DNA of 64,000 nucleotides, taken from the NCBI RefSeq assembly GCF_030028105.1, contig NC_092379.1:19631309-19695308 (forward strand). The letters run 5' to 3'. The notes under the pieces are model-generated. The model saw nothing but the letters and a program-made list of their open reading frames with translations. It ran no database searches and was not told the origin of the DNA. Each line of letters starts with the position of its first letter. The stretch's first letter is position 1. Position numbers and translations under genes: made by a program. Below are positions 48,201 through 60,733 of this stretch, piece after piece. The DNA is from Mobula birostris. Its lineage: Eukaryota.

Positions 48201-50803
48201 AGAATCCCAGTGGACAAATAAATGCCGTCTTCTCTTTGTCAGCCTCACTCACGGGGATCTGGTAATATCCACTCCTCAAGTCCAGCACACTGAACCATTT
48301 AGCACCACTCAGACAGGCCAGCGCATCTTCGATCTCTGGGACCATATACTGGTCAGGGATGGTACACCTATTCAGGGTCCTATAGTCCACACACATCCAT
48401 ACCTTTCTATTCTTCTTTCTGGCCACTACTATTGGGAATATATAGGGGCTTCTGGACTCAGTGATGATCCCAGCTTCCTTCGACTTCCACAAGTGCTGCC
48501 GAACATCTTCCACCTCTGCAGGGGCCAGTTGCCGCGACCTTTCTCTGAACGGGGTGTCCTCGGTCACCCAGATACTGTGACGAGTACTCTTGGAACAACC
48601 CACATCAAACTGGTCAGTGGAAAAGACACCTTCCAGCTTTAACATCTTCTCTACCAACCTCCTCTTCCAACCTGCACATAGCAGGGAGATGACGAAGTTG
48701 AATGACTCAGCAGTCAACTTTCCCCCTTTTTCCAGTAGTTTCTCCCTGGCTTGTCACACAGGGACTCTAGACATTACCGTCACCAGGAAAAGATGCACCA
48801 GGGCATCCCCCACTTGAAGGTGACCTCCCTCTTCGTAGTATTCCTGACAATCACTTCCATCCTGTTCACCTGTACAACCGAGGGCTTCTGCTGTTCTCAG
48901 CTCTGCCACAATCTCTACCACCCCCCGGGGCAGGCTATCCATGGTCACTTCACCACAGGGGACCACTATTGAGGACTCTACCCTGCTGATGGAAGCCTCC
49001 CGTGCCTCTGACACATTCTCCTCCTCTTGTACTTCTCTGATCAGCTCAACAAACGCGGGGGGGTGGGGGCGCATCTTACGAGATAGTGAGAAACCTCAAG
49101 CGATCAGGTCCTGGGACTGGGCGCCCTTTGCTATCTGGTCCATTCTTAACTGATCCACCTCAGCCGCCTGAATTGCCCCTCTGCACTGCAAGCAATTTAG
49201 CTGCCTGTCTGGTCGAAAGATGTAGGCACAAAGCTCTCCCCCTTCTCCTGACACATGTTCTGAAACCCTGTTATGAGCTCCATTGGGCTTACTGTCATGC
49301 CAAATGCATTTTCCAGTGCTCGCATGTAAGTGGCAGTAGTGGCAAGGGGGTACTGGGACTTTACGGCTCTCAAAACGTCAGCAGCCCACCCCCCTCAAAC
49401 TTTCAACAAATCGCTGTTGTTTTATGTCATCAGGGCCCTGCCACTCATCTAACAACTGAGAGATCTGCTTCGCCCAAGTCTCACACTTCTCTTCCCCTTT
49501 AGGGGTGGGCTTCATTCCTGAGAACAGGCGGAGCCTACCATAGCTGGGACTTTGGACCTGGGCATTTTTCCATTTATTCGCCAGGGAGGTAAGGGCGGAT
49601 ACTAACTCAGTATTCTCACACTTCCCTGGAGGACAGGGACTCATTAGACATTCCAAATCAGACCACTCCTTCCCCTCCCTAAGTAGAAATGAGAGAACCC
49701 TGTCTCTGAAGTTTCCTCCCCCAGCAACGGGAGACTGGACTTGCGCTTCGGCTGGCTCACCTACACTCTCCTCCCACGGAAAGTATGGACAGTACATACT
49801 GCACCCCCCCCACCCCCTCCTGGGGCCCGAATAGGACCAGGCAGTCCTACTGTCGTTACGTCAGCGCTAATCTGAACTAAAACAAAGTCTGTGTCTGCCA
49901 TTTTATTAAATCTCCACCCCACAATCGTAACTTTGCCTACCGCTTTAACAGTACTTAAAAGTGGAATAACAATTCATCAGGATTACGAATATCTGCCCCA
50001 CCCAACACACACGCATTAGTTACCAGTAACCCCATGGATGAACACCACTGCTCAACCCCGGCAGCATCCATACTAGCACACACTTAAACACACAATCCAC
50101 TGGTTCAATGCTCAGGGCAATCACACAGCCTCCAACAGAATCAATCCCGAGCAATAACCCCTCAGGTTCGGCCGGAGGCTTTAGTCTAGGGAAGACAGTC
50201 TCTGGCCCTGTCAAATGTGTGAAATCTGAGGTGCAAGACCAAAAATGCAAAAGAGCATGACTTCCTGACATTGTATTCCACCTATCACTTATTTGCCCAT
50301 TCTCCTAATCTGTCCAAGTTTTTGTGTGGATGCTGCGTGATGTGTTCCCCTGTTACAGATCAGTACCATGAAATAACAGACAGTACATCATGTACAATTA
50401 AACAATTTAGCTTTATAATCTTAATTTGACTGGAGGGTTAGTAAAGGAAAACAAAAAGAAAAGGGCCCATTTTAATGAAACAGTCTAATGTGCAGCGTGG
50501 AGCTCACGGTTTCCTGTCCGTTAGTCCTCCATCGCTTCCGCCCCAGGCGTCGTCGACTCCCGGCCCCATTCCAAATCCACTCCCTCCTGCGGACTACAAC
50601 CCCTTCATCCTGGTATCTTCTCTCTCCATCTTCCACTGAACAAGAGACCTCGAACCACTCGCTCTCAGGCACACAACAAGAAAAAAACACTCCCTTCATT
50701 CGACTGTGCAAATTCCAAAGCCCCCCTTATCTCTAGTCGTAACCCAAACACTGCTGCTACAGAATGACCATATTAGCAGTGAAATCTTTCCCAGGACGTT
50801 ACA
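45240..50803 (-). mobile_element. Ty3/Gypsy LTR retrotransposon with PNMA-like Gag; two LTRs
   Basis: LTRs 45240-45812 and about 50153-50803 (outer ends TGTAAC and GTTACA); TSD GAAT at 45236-45239 and 50804-50807; PPT 45813-45822; Gag RLRLFSG...ETW...ESLRG; RT DLRSGYYQ; then RNase H, then integrase; decayed. Confidence 0.9.
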
Positions 50804-52089
50804 GAATGTTAATCCCCACTGACTCTGGGTCGCATCATGCATATGCAGGTATCTGGAGTTGAATGGTGAGTTTCTCTGTTTGCAATGGACTCCATTCCGC
50901 AGCTCCAAGAACACTATTGTTAGGGGTGCATTTTAAACTGAATCTACAATCCACATTCAGGTATGAAGGCTGGTTGTTGTTGAAATTAGTATTTGAAATA
51001 TAACAAAACTCCAGAATACACCCTAACAGCTCTCCACACTTCTACAAGGGGTGCTGTTGCAGGAAAGCAACATCTATCATCGAGCACATCCACCATCCAG
51101 GACATGCTCTCTTCTGACTGCTGCCATCAGGAAGAAGATACAGAATCCTTGTGTCCCAGACCACCAGGTTCAGGAACACTTATTACCACTCAACCATCAT
51201 GCTCTAGAACTAGGGTTAATAATTTCACTCACCCCAACACAGAACTGATTCCATAAGACCATAAGATATAGGAGTAGAATTAGGCCATGTAGTCCATCGA
51301 GTCTGCTTCACAACCAAGGGACTCACTGTCAAGGGCTCTACAGCTGATGTTCACAATATTATTTATATATTATTATTTTGATTTATTTTTCATATTTACA
51401 CACTTTCTTGTATTTTGCACATTGGTTCTTTGCCCATCTTCATTGTGTGCACTAAGAAAATGAATCTCAGTGTAGTATATAGTGACGTCAATGTGCTTTG
51501 GTAATAAATTTACTCTGAACTTTGTACTTTTGGTGATGTGCTGATGCAGAGGGTGGAGGAGGAGAAAGAGATGGTGTTGGAGGCCAGGTAGATCAGGAGG
51601 CAGAAGGTAAGTGATAGAGGGGGAGCAGTTACTGGATGCTGAAGAATTTAATTTTAAGGCTGTCGAGGTGCAGGCTCCCCTAGAGAATATCAGCACACTC
51701 AGCACCCTATCGTTTACTGTGAAAGACTTTGCCTGGTTTGACCTCCCAAATTGGAACACTTCATGCAGATTCATAGAGCATGGAAATAGAATTCTTGGCC
51801 CAAATGGTCAAATTGGACCAAGTTTCTTATCAAAGCTGCTCATTTGCCAGTGTATACCCAACATCCCTCAAAAACAGTTGTTTCCAACCCTTTAATGCCA
51901 TGGACCAATACTATTAAGCAAGGGATCCACGGAACCCAGGTTAGGAGTCCCTGCTCTAAGTCGTCCCTATCCACGTACCTGTCCAAGTGTTTGTTTGTTC
52001 AAATGTCTGCCTCACCCACTTCATCTGGCAGCTGTGCAGACCATCCTCTGGGTGAAAAAGTTGTTTCTTCTGTTCCTATTAAGTCACTT

Positions 52090-53033
52090 CTTCTCCCAAA
52101 GAGCATGACTTCCTGACATTGTATTCCACCTATCACTTATTTGCCCATTCTCCTAATCTGTCCAAGTTTTTTGTTGCCTCTCTACTTCCTGACAGCTTTC
52201 TTCCCCTCAACCTAAGATAAACTGGGTAATGATTTCTTTTCTTTAGCTTCTCTCCCTTCTTGAAGAGTGAAGTGACATATGCAATTCTCCACTATTCTGG
52301 AACCATTCCATAATCTAATGATTCTTGAAAGATCATTATTAATGCCTCTATAATCAATTCAGCCACCTCTTTCAGAACCCTGGGGTGTAGACCATCTGGT
52401 TCAGGTGACTTATGTACCTTCAGAACTTTCAGTTTCTCAAGAATCTTCTCTCTAATAATGGTGGCTTCACAAACATCATGACCCTTGACACCTGGAACTT
52501 TTACTATTCTGCTCGTGTCTTCCACAGTGAAGACTGATGAAATATATTTATTCAGTTCATCTGCCATTTCCTTGTCCCTCATTACTACCTTTCCAGCATC
52601 CTTTTCCAGTGGTCCGATATGACCTCTCACCTTTCTTTTACACTTCATGTATTTGAAGAAACTGTTGGTATCCTCATTAAATTTATTGGCTAGTTTACTT
52701 TCATATTCCACCTTTACCTTTTTACTGACTTTCTTAGTTGCCTTCTGTTGTTTCTTAAAAGCTTCCTAATCCTCTACCCAATTGCTGCTCAGGTATATGC
52801 CCTCTCTTTGGCTTTATGTTGGCCTTGACTTCCCTTGTTTGCCATGGCTGTGTCATCTTGCCTTTAGAATACTTTTTCCTTTCAGGGATGTATATATTCG
52901 GTGCCTTCTGAATTGCTTCCAGCTATTGCTGCTCTGCCATCATCCCTGCCAGTATTCTTTTCCAATCAATTCTGGCAATCAACTCCTCTCTCATGCCTCT
53001 GTAACTTCCTTTACTCCACTGTAATATTGATAT
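52090..53033 (-). mobile_element. CR1 fragment cut by the LTR at 53034
   Basis: KVHKSPEPDGLHPRVLKEVAE. Confidence 0.8.
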
Positions 53034-54999
53034 TGTCATGTATCCCATGACAGGTTAAAGATCCAGCAGAAATGGAAAACACTTTGGAGTCCAGTATTGC
53101 TATTAACTAATGGTATTTATTAGTAACTACGCAATACAGTAATATAAATGCAGATATATCAAACAGGATTGCAATGATTATATCTAGGTAAGTGTGGAAA
53201 TATATGAAAACCAAACTTCCTCAGGTCCAGGGGTAAATAGATAGTCTTATGATGATGAGTAAAGTTCAGTTCAGTTCATAGTCTTGAGTTGAGTAGTGAT
53301 GGAGCGAGAGAGAGGGAGAAATTTGAGTCTTCAGGTGAGCTGACGCCGTCAATCTTCTCATTGTCCTCCGAAATCCTTTAGAAGTTACCGACTGTGACCA
53401 CAACAAAGGGGACCATTCTTCTGTGGTGGAATTATCAACCCAAGCGAGGGTTGGGCACACAAATAACTCCCCACCGGTCACTCCCTTTTCACACTGCGAG
53501 AGCCACTGATTGATCTGCCTGATTGATCCTCCAAAACCCACCTTTTCTGTGGGTACAACAAAGCTCATTCAGTGTCCAAAACCATGTGTCTTCAGGTCTA
53601 ACAGTTGACCTTCTATTTATCTCACTGTGCTGAATACTAGCTGTCCATCAAGCAGCTCCTCCCTCCTCTCTCTGTAAGAACACAGAAGCTGCCAGTATCC
53701 TTGTAGAAAGTATAAACAAACTGTGAGTAGTCTTCGCCTCTCTCCCTCTTTCTTTCTCTTTTTAACAAGGTGTCTGGTGTTGAACAACTCTCTCTCTCTT
53801 TTCAAAAGCACAGTTCATTGGGGTAATTCAGGACCCTGTCACACCCCCTTCCTTTTAAAAAAAATGATGCAGGCAAAATTTTTAGTTTAAATGTAAATTA
53901 TAAAGTTGAAACAATACATATATATTCATCAGATAACAGAGCAAAAACGTGTACCATTTCTAACTGAACATCTGGATAAACAATCAGCTATAATATTGTC
54001 TATACCGTTCACATGTTTGATTTTCAGATCATATTCTTGCAATATCAGACTCCAATTTAATAACCTTCTATTCTTATCCTTCATCTTAGTTAGAAACACC
54101 AACGGATTGTGATCCGTGTAAACCACAAGTGGTCTCTGGGCAGGACAAACATAGACCTCAAAATGTTGTAAAGCCAGAATAAGTGCTTGTAATTCCTTTT
54201 CAACAGTGGAATAATTTTTCTGGTGCCCATTAAATTTCTTTGAGAAATATGCTACTGGGTGTTCAATGTCATACACACCTTTCTGTAACAATACTGCCCC
54301 AGCAGCTTTGGCACTAATGTCTGTTGCTATAGAAAATGTCTTGGAAAAATCAGGTGCTTTGAGCACAGGATGATAACACAGGATGGTTTTCAGGTGATCA
54401 AATGCCTCCTGGCAAAGATCACTCCATACAAATCTTTCACTCTTCCCTAGGAGCTTTGTTAGGGGGAGAGTGATATCTGCAAAGTTCTTACAAAACTTAT
54501 GATAATACCCAAACATTCTCAAAAACCTTCTCAAAGCTTTCTCGCCCGTCAGAATGGGAACCTCGGCAAAGCTTGAACCTTGGCCTGTATAGGAGCCATT
54601 TGGCCCTGGCCTACTACGTAGCCCAGATAAGTAACTGTGGCATGACCAAACTCACTTTTATCCAGGTTTACAGTAAGATTGGCTTTGGACAGCCTTTCAA
54701 ACAATTTTTCAACAGCCACCATATGCTCTACCCACGTGTCATTCCAGACCACTAAATTATCTATCGTGGTCCCTTCTGGCAATCCCCCACCTTGCCATTT
54801 GCCTCAAGAATTGAGCCTTAATTACCTCATTTAGATTTCAATCATTCCCAGGTTGCACTAACTACATGCACCTGCTTCCCATCAGAAACGACAGGATAAA
54901 TACCCTGTGACCACAGCAAGAAGCCGCCAGTTTGTTGGTTGACTCTTGAGAGAGTAAACCTTGTTTCCTATTCCTGAGAACTGTTAGTTCTAAGTTTTG

Positions 55000-57900
55000 C
55001 ATTGTCTCCTGGATATCGGCTCCCCGTTCGCGATGGCGCTATGCCTAACAACTCTGCCTCAGCATCTGTGTCCTGCACGTGGGTTCATCCCCAGCCACGC
55101 CTTTGCAACAGAATGAACTTACCAAGCATGAACCCAGTGGACATGGACCCCGTGCAACAGGCCCTGGCCAGCCAGGGCTATCTATTGGGCGCCCACGATC
55201 AACTACTTCAGGAGATCACAGAAAACCTTCAGACACTGTCCATGAATGTGCAGAAGGTCAGTGAACAAGCAGACCGGCTCTCTGCTTCTTTTCCTCTGTT
55301 CCCTCCAAGAACCCTGGCTACCCAAACCGCACCGCTTGGGATGGCTTCACCCCTGGAATCAGCAACGCCACCCCCTCGAGAGCCGTATGTACCCAAGCCC
55401 GAACCCTACGCCGGGGACCTAGGTAGGTGCCGGGCCTTCCTGTTACAATGCTCCCTAGTCTTTGAGCTGCAGCCACGTACCACACTTCTGATAAGTCAAA
55501 GATTGCGTACATCATGGGGCTGTTTCGAGGGGATGCCTTGGCTTGGGCAACTGTGATATGGGACAACTGACTGGAGATTTGTACCTCCTACTCCTCCTTT
55601 GTCGCTAAACTGAGGAAAATATTTGAGTAATCCATTCGGGGTAAGGACGCCGTGAAACGGTTGCTTACTCTTCGTCAAGCTTCGCGAAGTGTGGCCAAGT
55701 ATGCCATTGAGTTCCGGACCTTGGCCGCAGACTCCGGGTAGAATGACGAGGCCCTACGGGAGATGTTCCGACAGGGCCTCTTGGACAAGATAAAGGATGA
55801 GTTGGCCGCGAGGGACGACACAGACAGTCTGGACTCGTTGGTATCGCTAGCCATTCAATTAGTTTATCGACTTCAGGAACGTCTGAGAGAAAAGCCCAGT
55901 CGCCCCACTCCTCGGGTCAGCCCACGTCCCACCTTACCATCTTCTATCAGCACTAACTTCTCTCTTCCCACTATTCCTGGCAGAGATTCCGCTCCTACTG
56001 GCCTGGCGAATCAAACGAACCTCCCTTCCACAACCCAGACTCCGATGCAGATCCCAGCAACCGTGAATTACCAACAACTGTCCCTGTCCCTATCCGCTTT
56101 GGTGGATTCCGGTGCTGAGGGCAATCTGCTGGACGAAGAGATAGCCACCCAGGCCGGAATACCTCGTGAGCCGCTAACCACCCCCCTGGAGGCCCGGGCC
56201 CTGGACTGAAAACTGCTGGCTCGGGTGACCCGCTGTACGCCGCCTCTGACCTTGATCCTATCCGGCAACCATCGGGAGGAGGTAAGATTCAGCCTCATTC
56301 ATTCACCTCAAGCCCTGGTAGTTCTAGGGTATCCATGGCTGACCCAACACAATCCCCACATCAACTGGTCTATCAGGAGGATAGCAAAATGGAGCCCGTC
56401 TTGCCATGCCAACTGTCTGTGGTCTGCCCCTTCCCCCAGAGAGGCTACCGCGACCCCGCCTGTGTTGGAACCCCTCGACTTGTCCCGCGTCCTCACAGAG
56501 TATCATGACTTGGGACAGGTGTTCAGTAAACAACGGGCCCTTCCCCTGCCTCTGCACCGCCCATATGATTGTGCCATTGACCTTCTCCCCGGGGCCTCGC
56601 TACCCACCAGTCGCCTTTTTAACCTCCCCCGACCGGAGAGAGAGGCCATGGAGAAATATATGTTAGCGAGTCCCTCGCGACGGGCATTATTAGGCCTTCA
56701 TCCTCCCCGGTAGGCGCCGGTTTCTTTTTTGTGGAAAAGGAGAACGGGACGCTTCGCCCTTGTATCGACTACTGAGGCTTAAATAATATAACAGTTAAGA
56801 ACAAGTTCCCTCTACCACTCATTAGTTCGGCTTTTGAGCCACTGCATGGAGCCACCATCTTTTTGAAGTTGGACCTTTGCAACGCCTACCATTTAGTCAG
56901 GATAAGGGAGGGGGACAAATGGAAGATGGCCTTCAATACACCTCTGTGTCACTTTGAATATTTGGTCGTGCCGTTTGGCCTCACTAATCTTCCCGCTGTT
57001 TTCCAAACTCTGATCAATGACATACTGAGGGACTTTATCAATCGATTCGTATTTGTTTACCTTGACGCTATCCTGATATTTTCTAGCAGCCCCCAAGAAC
57101 ACATACGCCATGTCTGTCAAGTCCTCCAGAGACTGTGGGGAAAACCAGTTACTTGCTAAGGCGGAGAAATGCGAGTTCCACATTCCTTTGGTCAGCTTCC
57201 TAGGCTATATCATTGAAAGCGGGCAGGTAAAAGCAGACCCCGAGAAGATCCGGGCAGTGGAAGAATGGCCTCGACCCACGACACGTAAACAACTTCAACG
57301 ATTCCTAGGGTTTTCAAACTTCTATCGTAGATTCATCAGAAACTACAGTCGAGTGGCGGCACCCCTTACCCGGTTTACCTCGCCATTTTGCTGGGACTCC
57401 GAAGCAGACTCGGCATTCACTGACCTGAAGAGACGTTTCACCACCGCTCCCATTCTGGTCCATCTAGACCCATCACATCAATTCATCATTGAGCTGGATG
57501 CCTCAGACTCTGAGGTAGGAGCAGTCCTGTCCCAATGATCAAGTTTGGAGGAAAAGCTTCACCCCTGCGCCTTCTATTCTCTCCGACTGTTCCCCACCGA
57601 GCGGAATTACGAAGTGGGAAATCAGGAACTGCTGGCGGTCAAACTAGCGCTGGAAGAGTGGAGGCACTGGCTGGAGGGGGCGGAACACCCGTTTGTGGTA
57701 TGGACTGATCATAAGAACCTGGGGTATATTCAGACCGCCAAACGATTGAACTCCCGCCAGGCACATTGGGCATTGTTTTTTGATCGGTTCAAGTTTACCC
57801 TCACATACTGTCCAGGATCCAAGAACGGGAAGCCGGATGCGCTAACCCGCCAGCATGACTCCAAGGATGACACCTCCAAGTCCCGAGACTATCCTCCCAC

Positions 57901-58570
57901 CTTCCTGCATGGTTGCCACCCTCACTTGGGAGATCGAGGCTAAAGTAAAGGAAGCCCAGCGGGATGACCCCGACCTGGGAAATGGACCCGGCGATCACCT
58001 GTACGTGCCCACCTCCATCAGGTCCCAGGTTATCCAATGGGGGCACACCTCCCGGTTCGCCTGCCACCCCGGGAGTGATCGGACGCTAGCTCTCCTGAGG
58101 AAGCACTTTTGGTGGCCGACCATGGAGGGGGACACCCGTTCTTATGTCTCAGCTTGTTCCATCTGTGCCTGGGGGAAGGTCTCTCATCGACCACCTGCGG
58201 GGCTACTTCATCCTCTACCTGTCCCTGGTCGTCCCTGGTCACACATCGCCTTAGACCTTGTCACCGGTCTACCCCCTTCCTGCGGAAACACCACAGTCCT
58301 CACCGTGGTAGACGGCGATTCTCTAAGGCAGTGCACTTTGTGGTCCTCCCTAAACCCCCTTCCTCTCAGGAAACCGAAGATCTCCTTGTCCGCCACGTCT
58401 TCCGCCTCCTAGGAATCCCTGCTGACATTGTCTCTGTTTGAGGTTCCCAGTTTGTCTCGCAAATATGGAAGGCCTTCTGCCAAGCCTTGGGCGCATCGGT
58501 CAGCCTGTCATCCGGCTTCCACCCCCAGACGAACGGGCAGACGGAACGGGCAAACCAAAACATTATATTC
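55000..58570 (+). mobile_element. Sushi-ichi-like Gypsy gag-pol (decayed), nested in the Gmr1-like element
   Basis: Gag PEPYAGDLGRCRAFLLQC, protease [32 protein letters not shown], RNase H ELDASD, integrase [11 protein letters not shown]. Confidence 0.88.
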
Positions 58571-58574
58571 ACAC

Positions 58575-59770
58575 TGTCACAATGGTGGGGGCGTTGATGG
58601 TGGACCCAAATGCAAGACACAGGGACTGAAGTACTAGGAACAGGACAAGGATGCAGGACCTGGGCTAGGACATGGACAAGAAACAGGGGAACTGGACATG
58701 GAACTATGAACTAGGAGCCTGGGCTTGAACCCCAAGCCAGAGACTGGACAAGGACCCAGAACCTGGGTCTTGCCTCGGGCTCAGGCCCCAGAATCAGGCA
58801 AGGCAAGGACATGACATGACTGCAGGACTGGAGGCTGGGGTCTTGAGGCTTGAGCTTGGAGACAGGCTCGGGGTCTTGGGTCGTGGGTCTAGGGTACTTT
58901 GAGGTTTGTGTATGGACTCCGAGCCAGAGACAGGGCAAGGATCCAGAACCTGGGACTTGACTCGGGCTTGGACTCCAGAACTAGGCGAAGACTCTGGCTC
59001 GGACTCCAGAACTAGGTGAGGACAAGATGAGGCTACAGGACTGGACATGGCTTGGGTGAGGAATTCTTGGGTAGGGCGAGACACAAGGACAGGTAAAAGC
59101 ACATGGACAGAACTCGGATAGGACTGGACTAGGCACGGACTGGACGAGGGCCTTCAGGAGCACGGAGCCTTGGACTAGAAGAGACAGGAGCACAGAACAC
59201 AGAGCCGGCAGCCCTCCTTGGGAATAGGACGTAGAGCCGGGACTCATACACAGAACGCTGAACATGAAGAGATAGATCCCAACAGAAGGTGGTGGCAAAC
59301 GGCTGGACCCACCTAGCGAAGGTGTGGACACAGAGACAGTTCTCAACACTAGGTAGTGGCAAACAGCCGGACCTGCCTAGTGAAGGCGTGGACATGGAGA
59401 GACAATTCCACACAACGAAAGACAGTCCCTTATCTTGACCTAACAATGTCCCGGTCTCGCTCCGGCGGTAAAACTTAAGCGATACAGGTGGGTTATACAG
59501 GTGGGGAATCCAGACTAGGTGAGCAGATAAAGAATCAGGCGAGGTATCCAGGCAGACAGTCAGGTGGGGGGTGGGGGGGGGCGGGTAAAGCAAGGAGGGG
59601 AACAGAACAGTCCAGCAGGGAATCCCTGATTTGCAGAGGTATTTATGTCTCAGCCGCAATACGAGAATCATGTGCCTACAACAGAAACTGGGGAGAAACC
59701 CTGGAATAAGGAACTATGGACCGGACCGTGAACTGGAATATGGACTTCACGGACTGGACCATGACACATA
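58575..59770 (-). mobile_element. Probable LTR of a sushi-type element, opposite orientation
   Basis: Begins tgtcacaatg...ggacccaaatgcaagacac on +; short internal repeats (ggactccagaactagg); no TSD found. Confidence 0.45.
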
Positions 59771-60733
59771 CAGTCAAGATGGTGTCACAAATGCTGATAT
59801 CTCTCTAGCCCTCTCTGTTAAAGGAACGCACCAATATCCCTTTAACAGGTCAATCTTTGTAAGGTATTTAGCCTTCCCCACTTTATCAATGCAGTCATTC
59901 ACTCTCTTTCCTTGTTCTTTCTTGTTTCCAGCTTCTTGTTCAACCATCTTACTTTCCTCTAAATTCTTTCTGTAAGAATGCTCCTTGATTGGCTGGGCTG
60001 AATTTACAATGATGTCATGCCCTGCAGCCATACACCATCTTGGAATGTCAGAAAATAAATCTTTATGTTTGCTAGTTAATTTTTCAACTGTTTTTGCAGT
60101 GTAGGTTCCAAATGATGGACCTTGTCAGTGATATTTTTCAAAACAATGGAACTCTTCAATCTTGTTGATACTAGATTCAGTGGGTTAAAATGATTTTTCA
60201 CCTCATTCCCAGCCTCTGCCACCACGACTGTTTTCCTAACTACCCACAGGTGCTACCCTATCAAATAAGTGTTTATTTTAATTTGAACATTCTGCAAACT
60301 TTCCTTTGCAAGGTCACAAACATTGTTAAGTCTTTTCCACACATTGACCCATATTTCCAAATCAGACCACAGTTCTCTGAGTAGGGTCAAATGTCCTTTT
60401 CATCTGTGACCGAACACAGGTTCAAATAGACTACACTCCAATGATTTTTGAATTATATCTCCAACAGCAAATAAGAGTAGGGAAACCCCCTCATCTCAGT
60501 TTTGTTCCAATTTTTAACACAATGTTGTATCATTTCTTAATGCATGTATGCATTTGTAAATGACAATAAAAGAGGACTGAGTGTTCTCATAATCTTAAAA
60601 AAATATATTTTTATCATGGTCTTAAGAGTGGAGTTGAACCGTTCCAAGGCTCTCTCGGACTCTGTGTGATGTGCAGATGACCCAATGTGCTTAGCTCCAA
60701 ATTCTCCAATTATCCCTGGAATGTTCTCAAAGT

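Noticed and set aside
59781-59789. gtgtcaca taken as an LTR terminus
   Set aside because: It is the reverse complement of RT codons F-V-T-P of the Gmr1-like element, and no TSD matches
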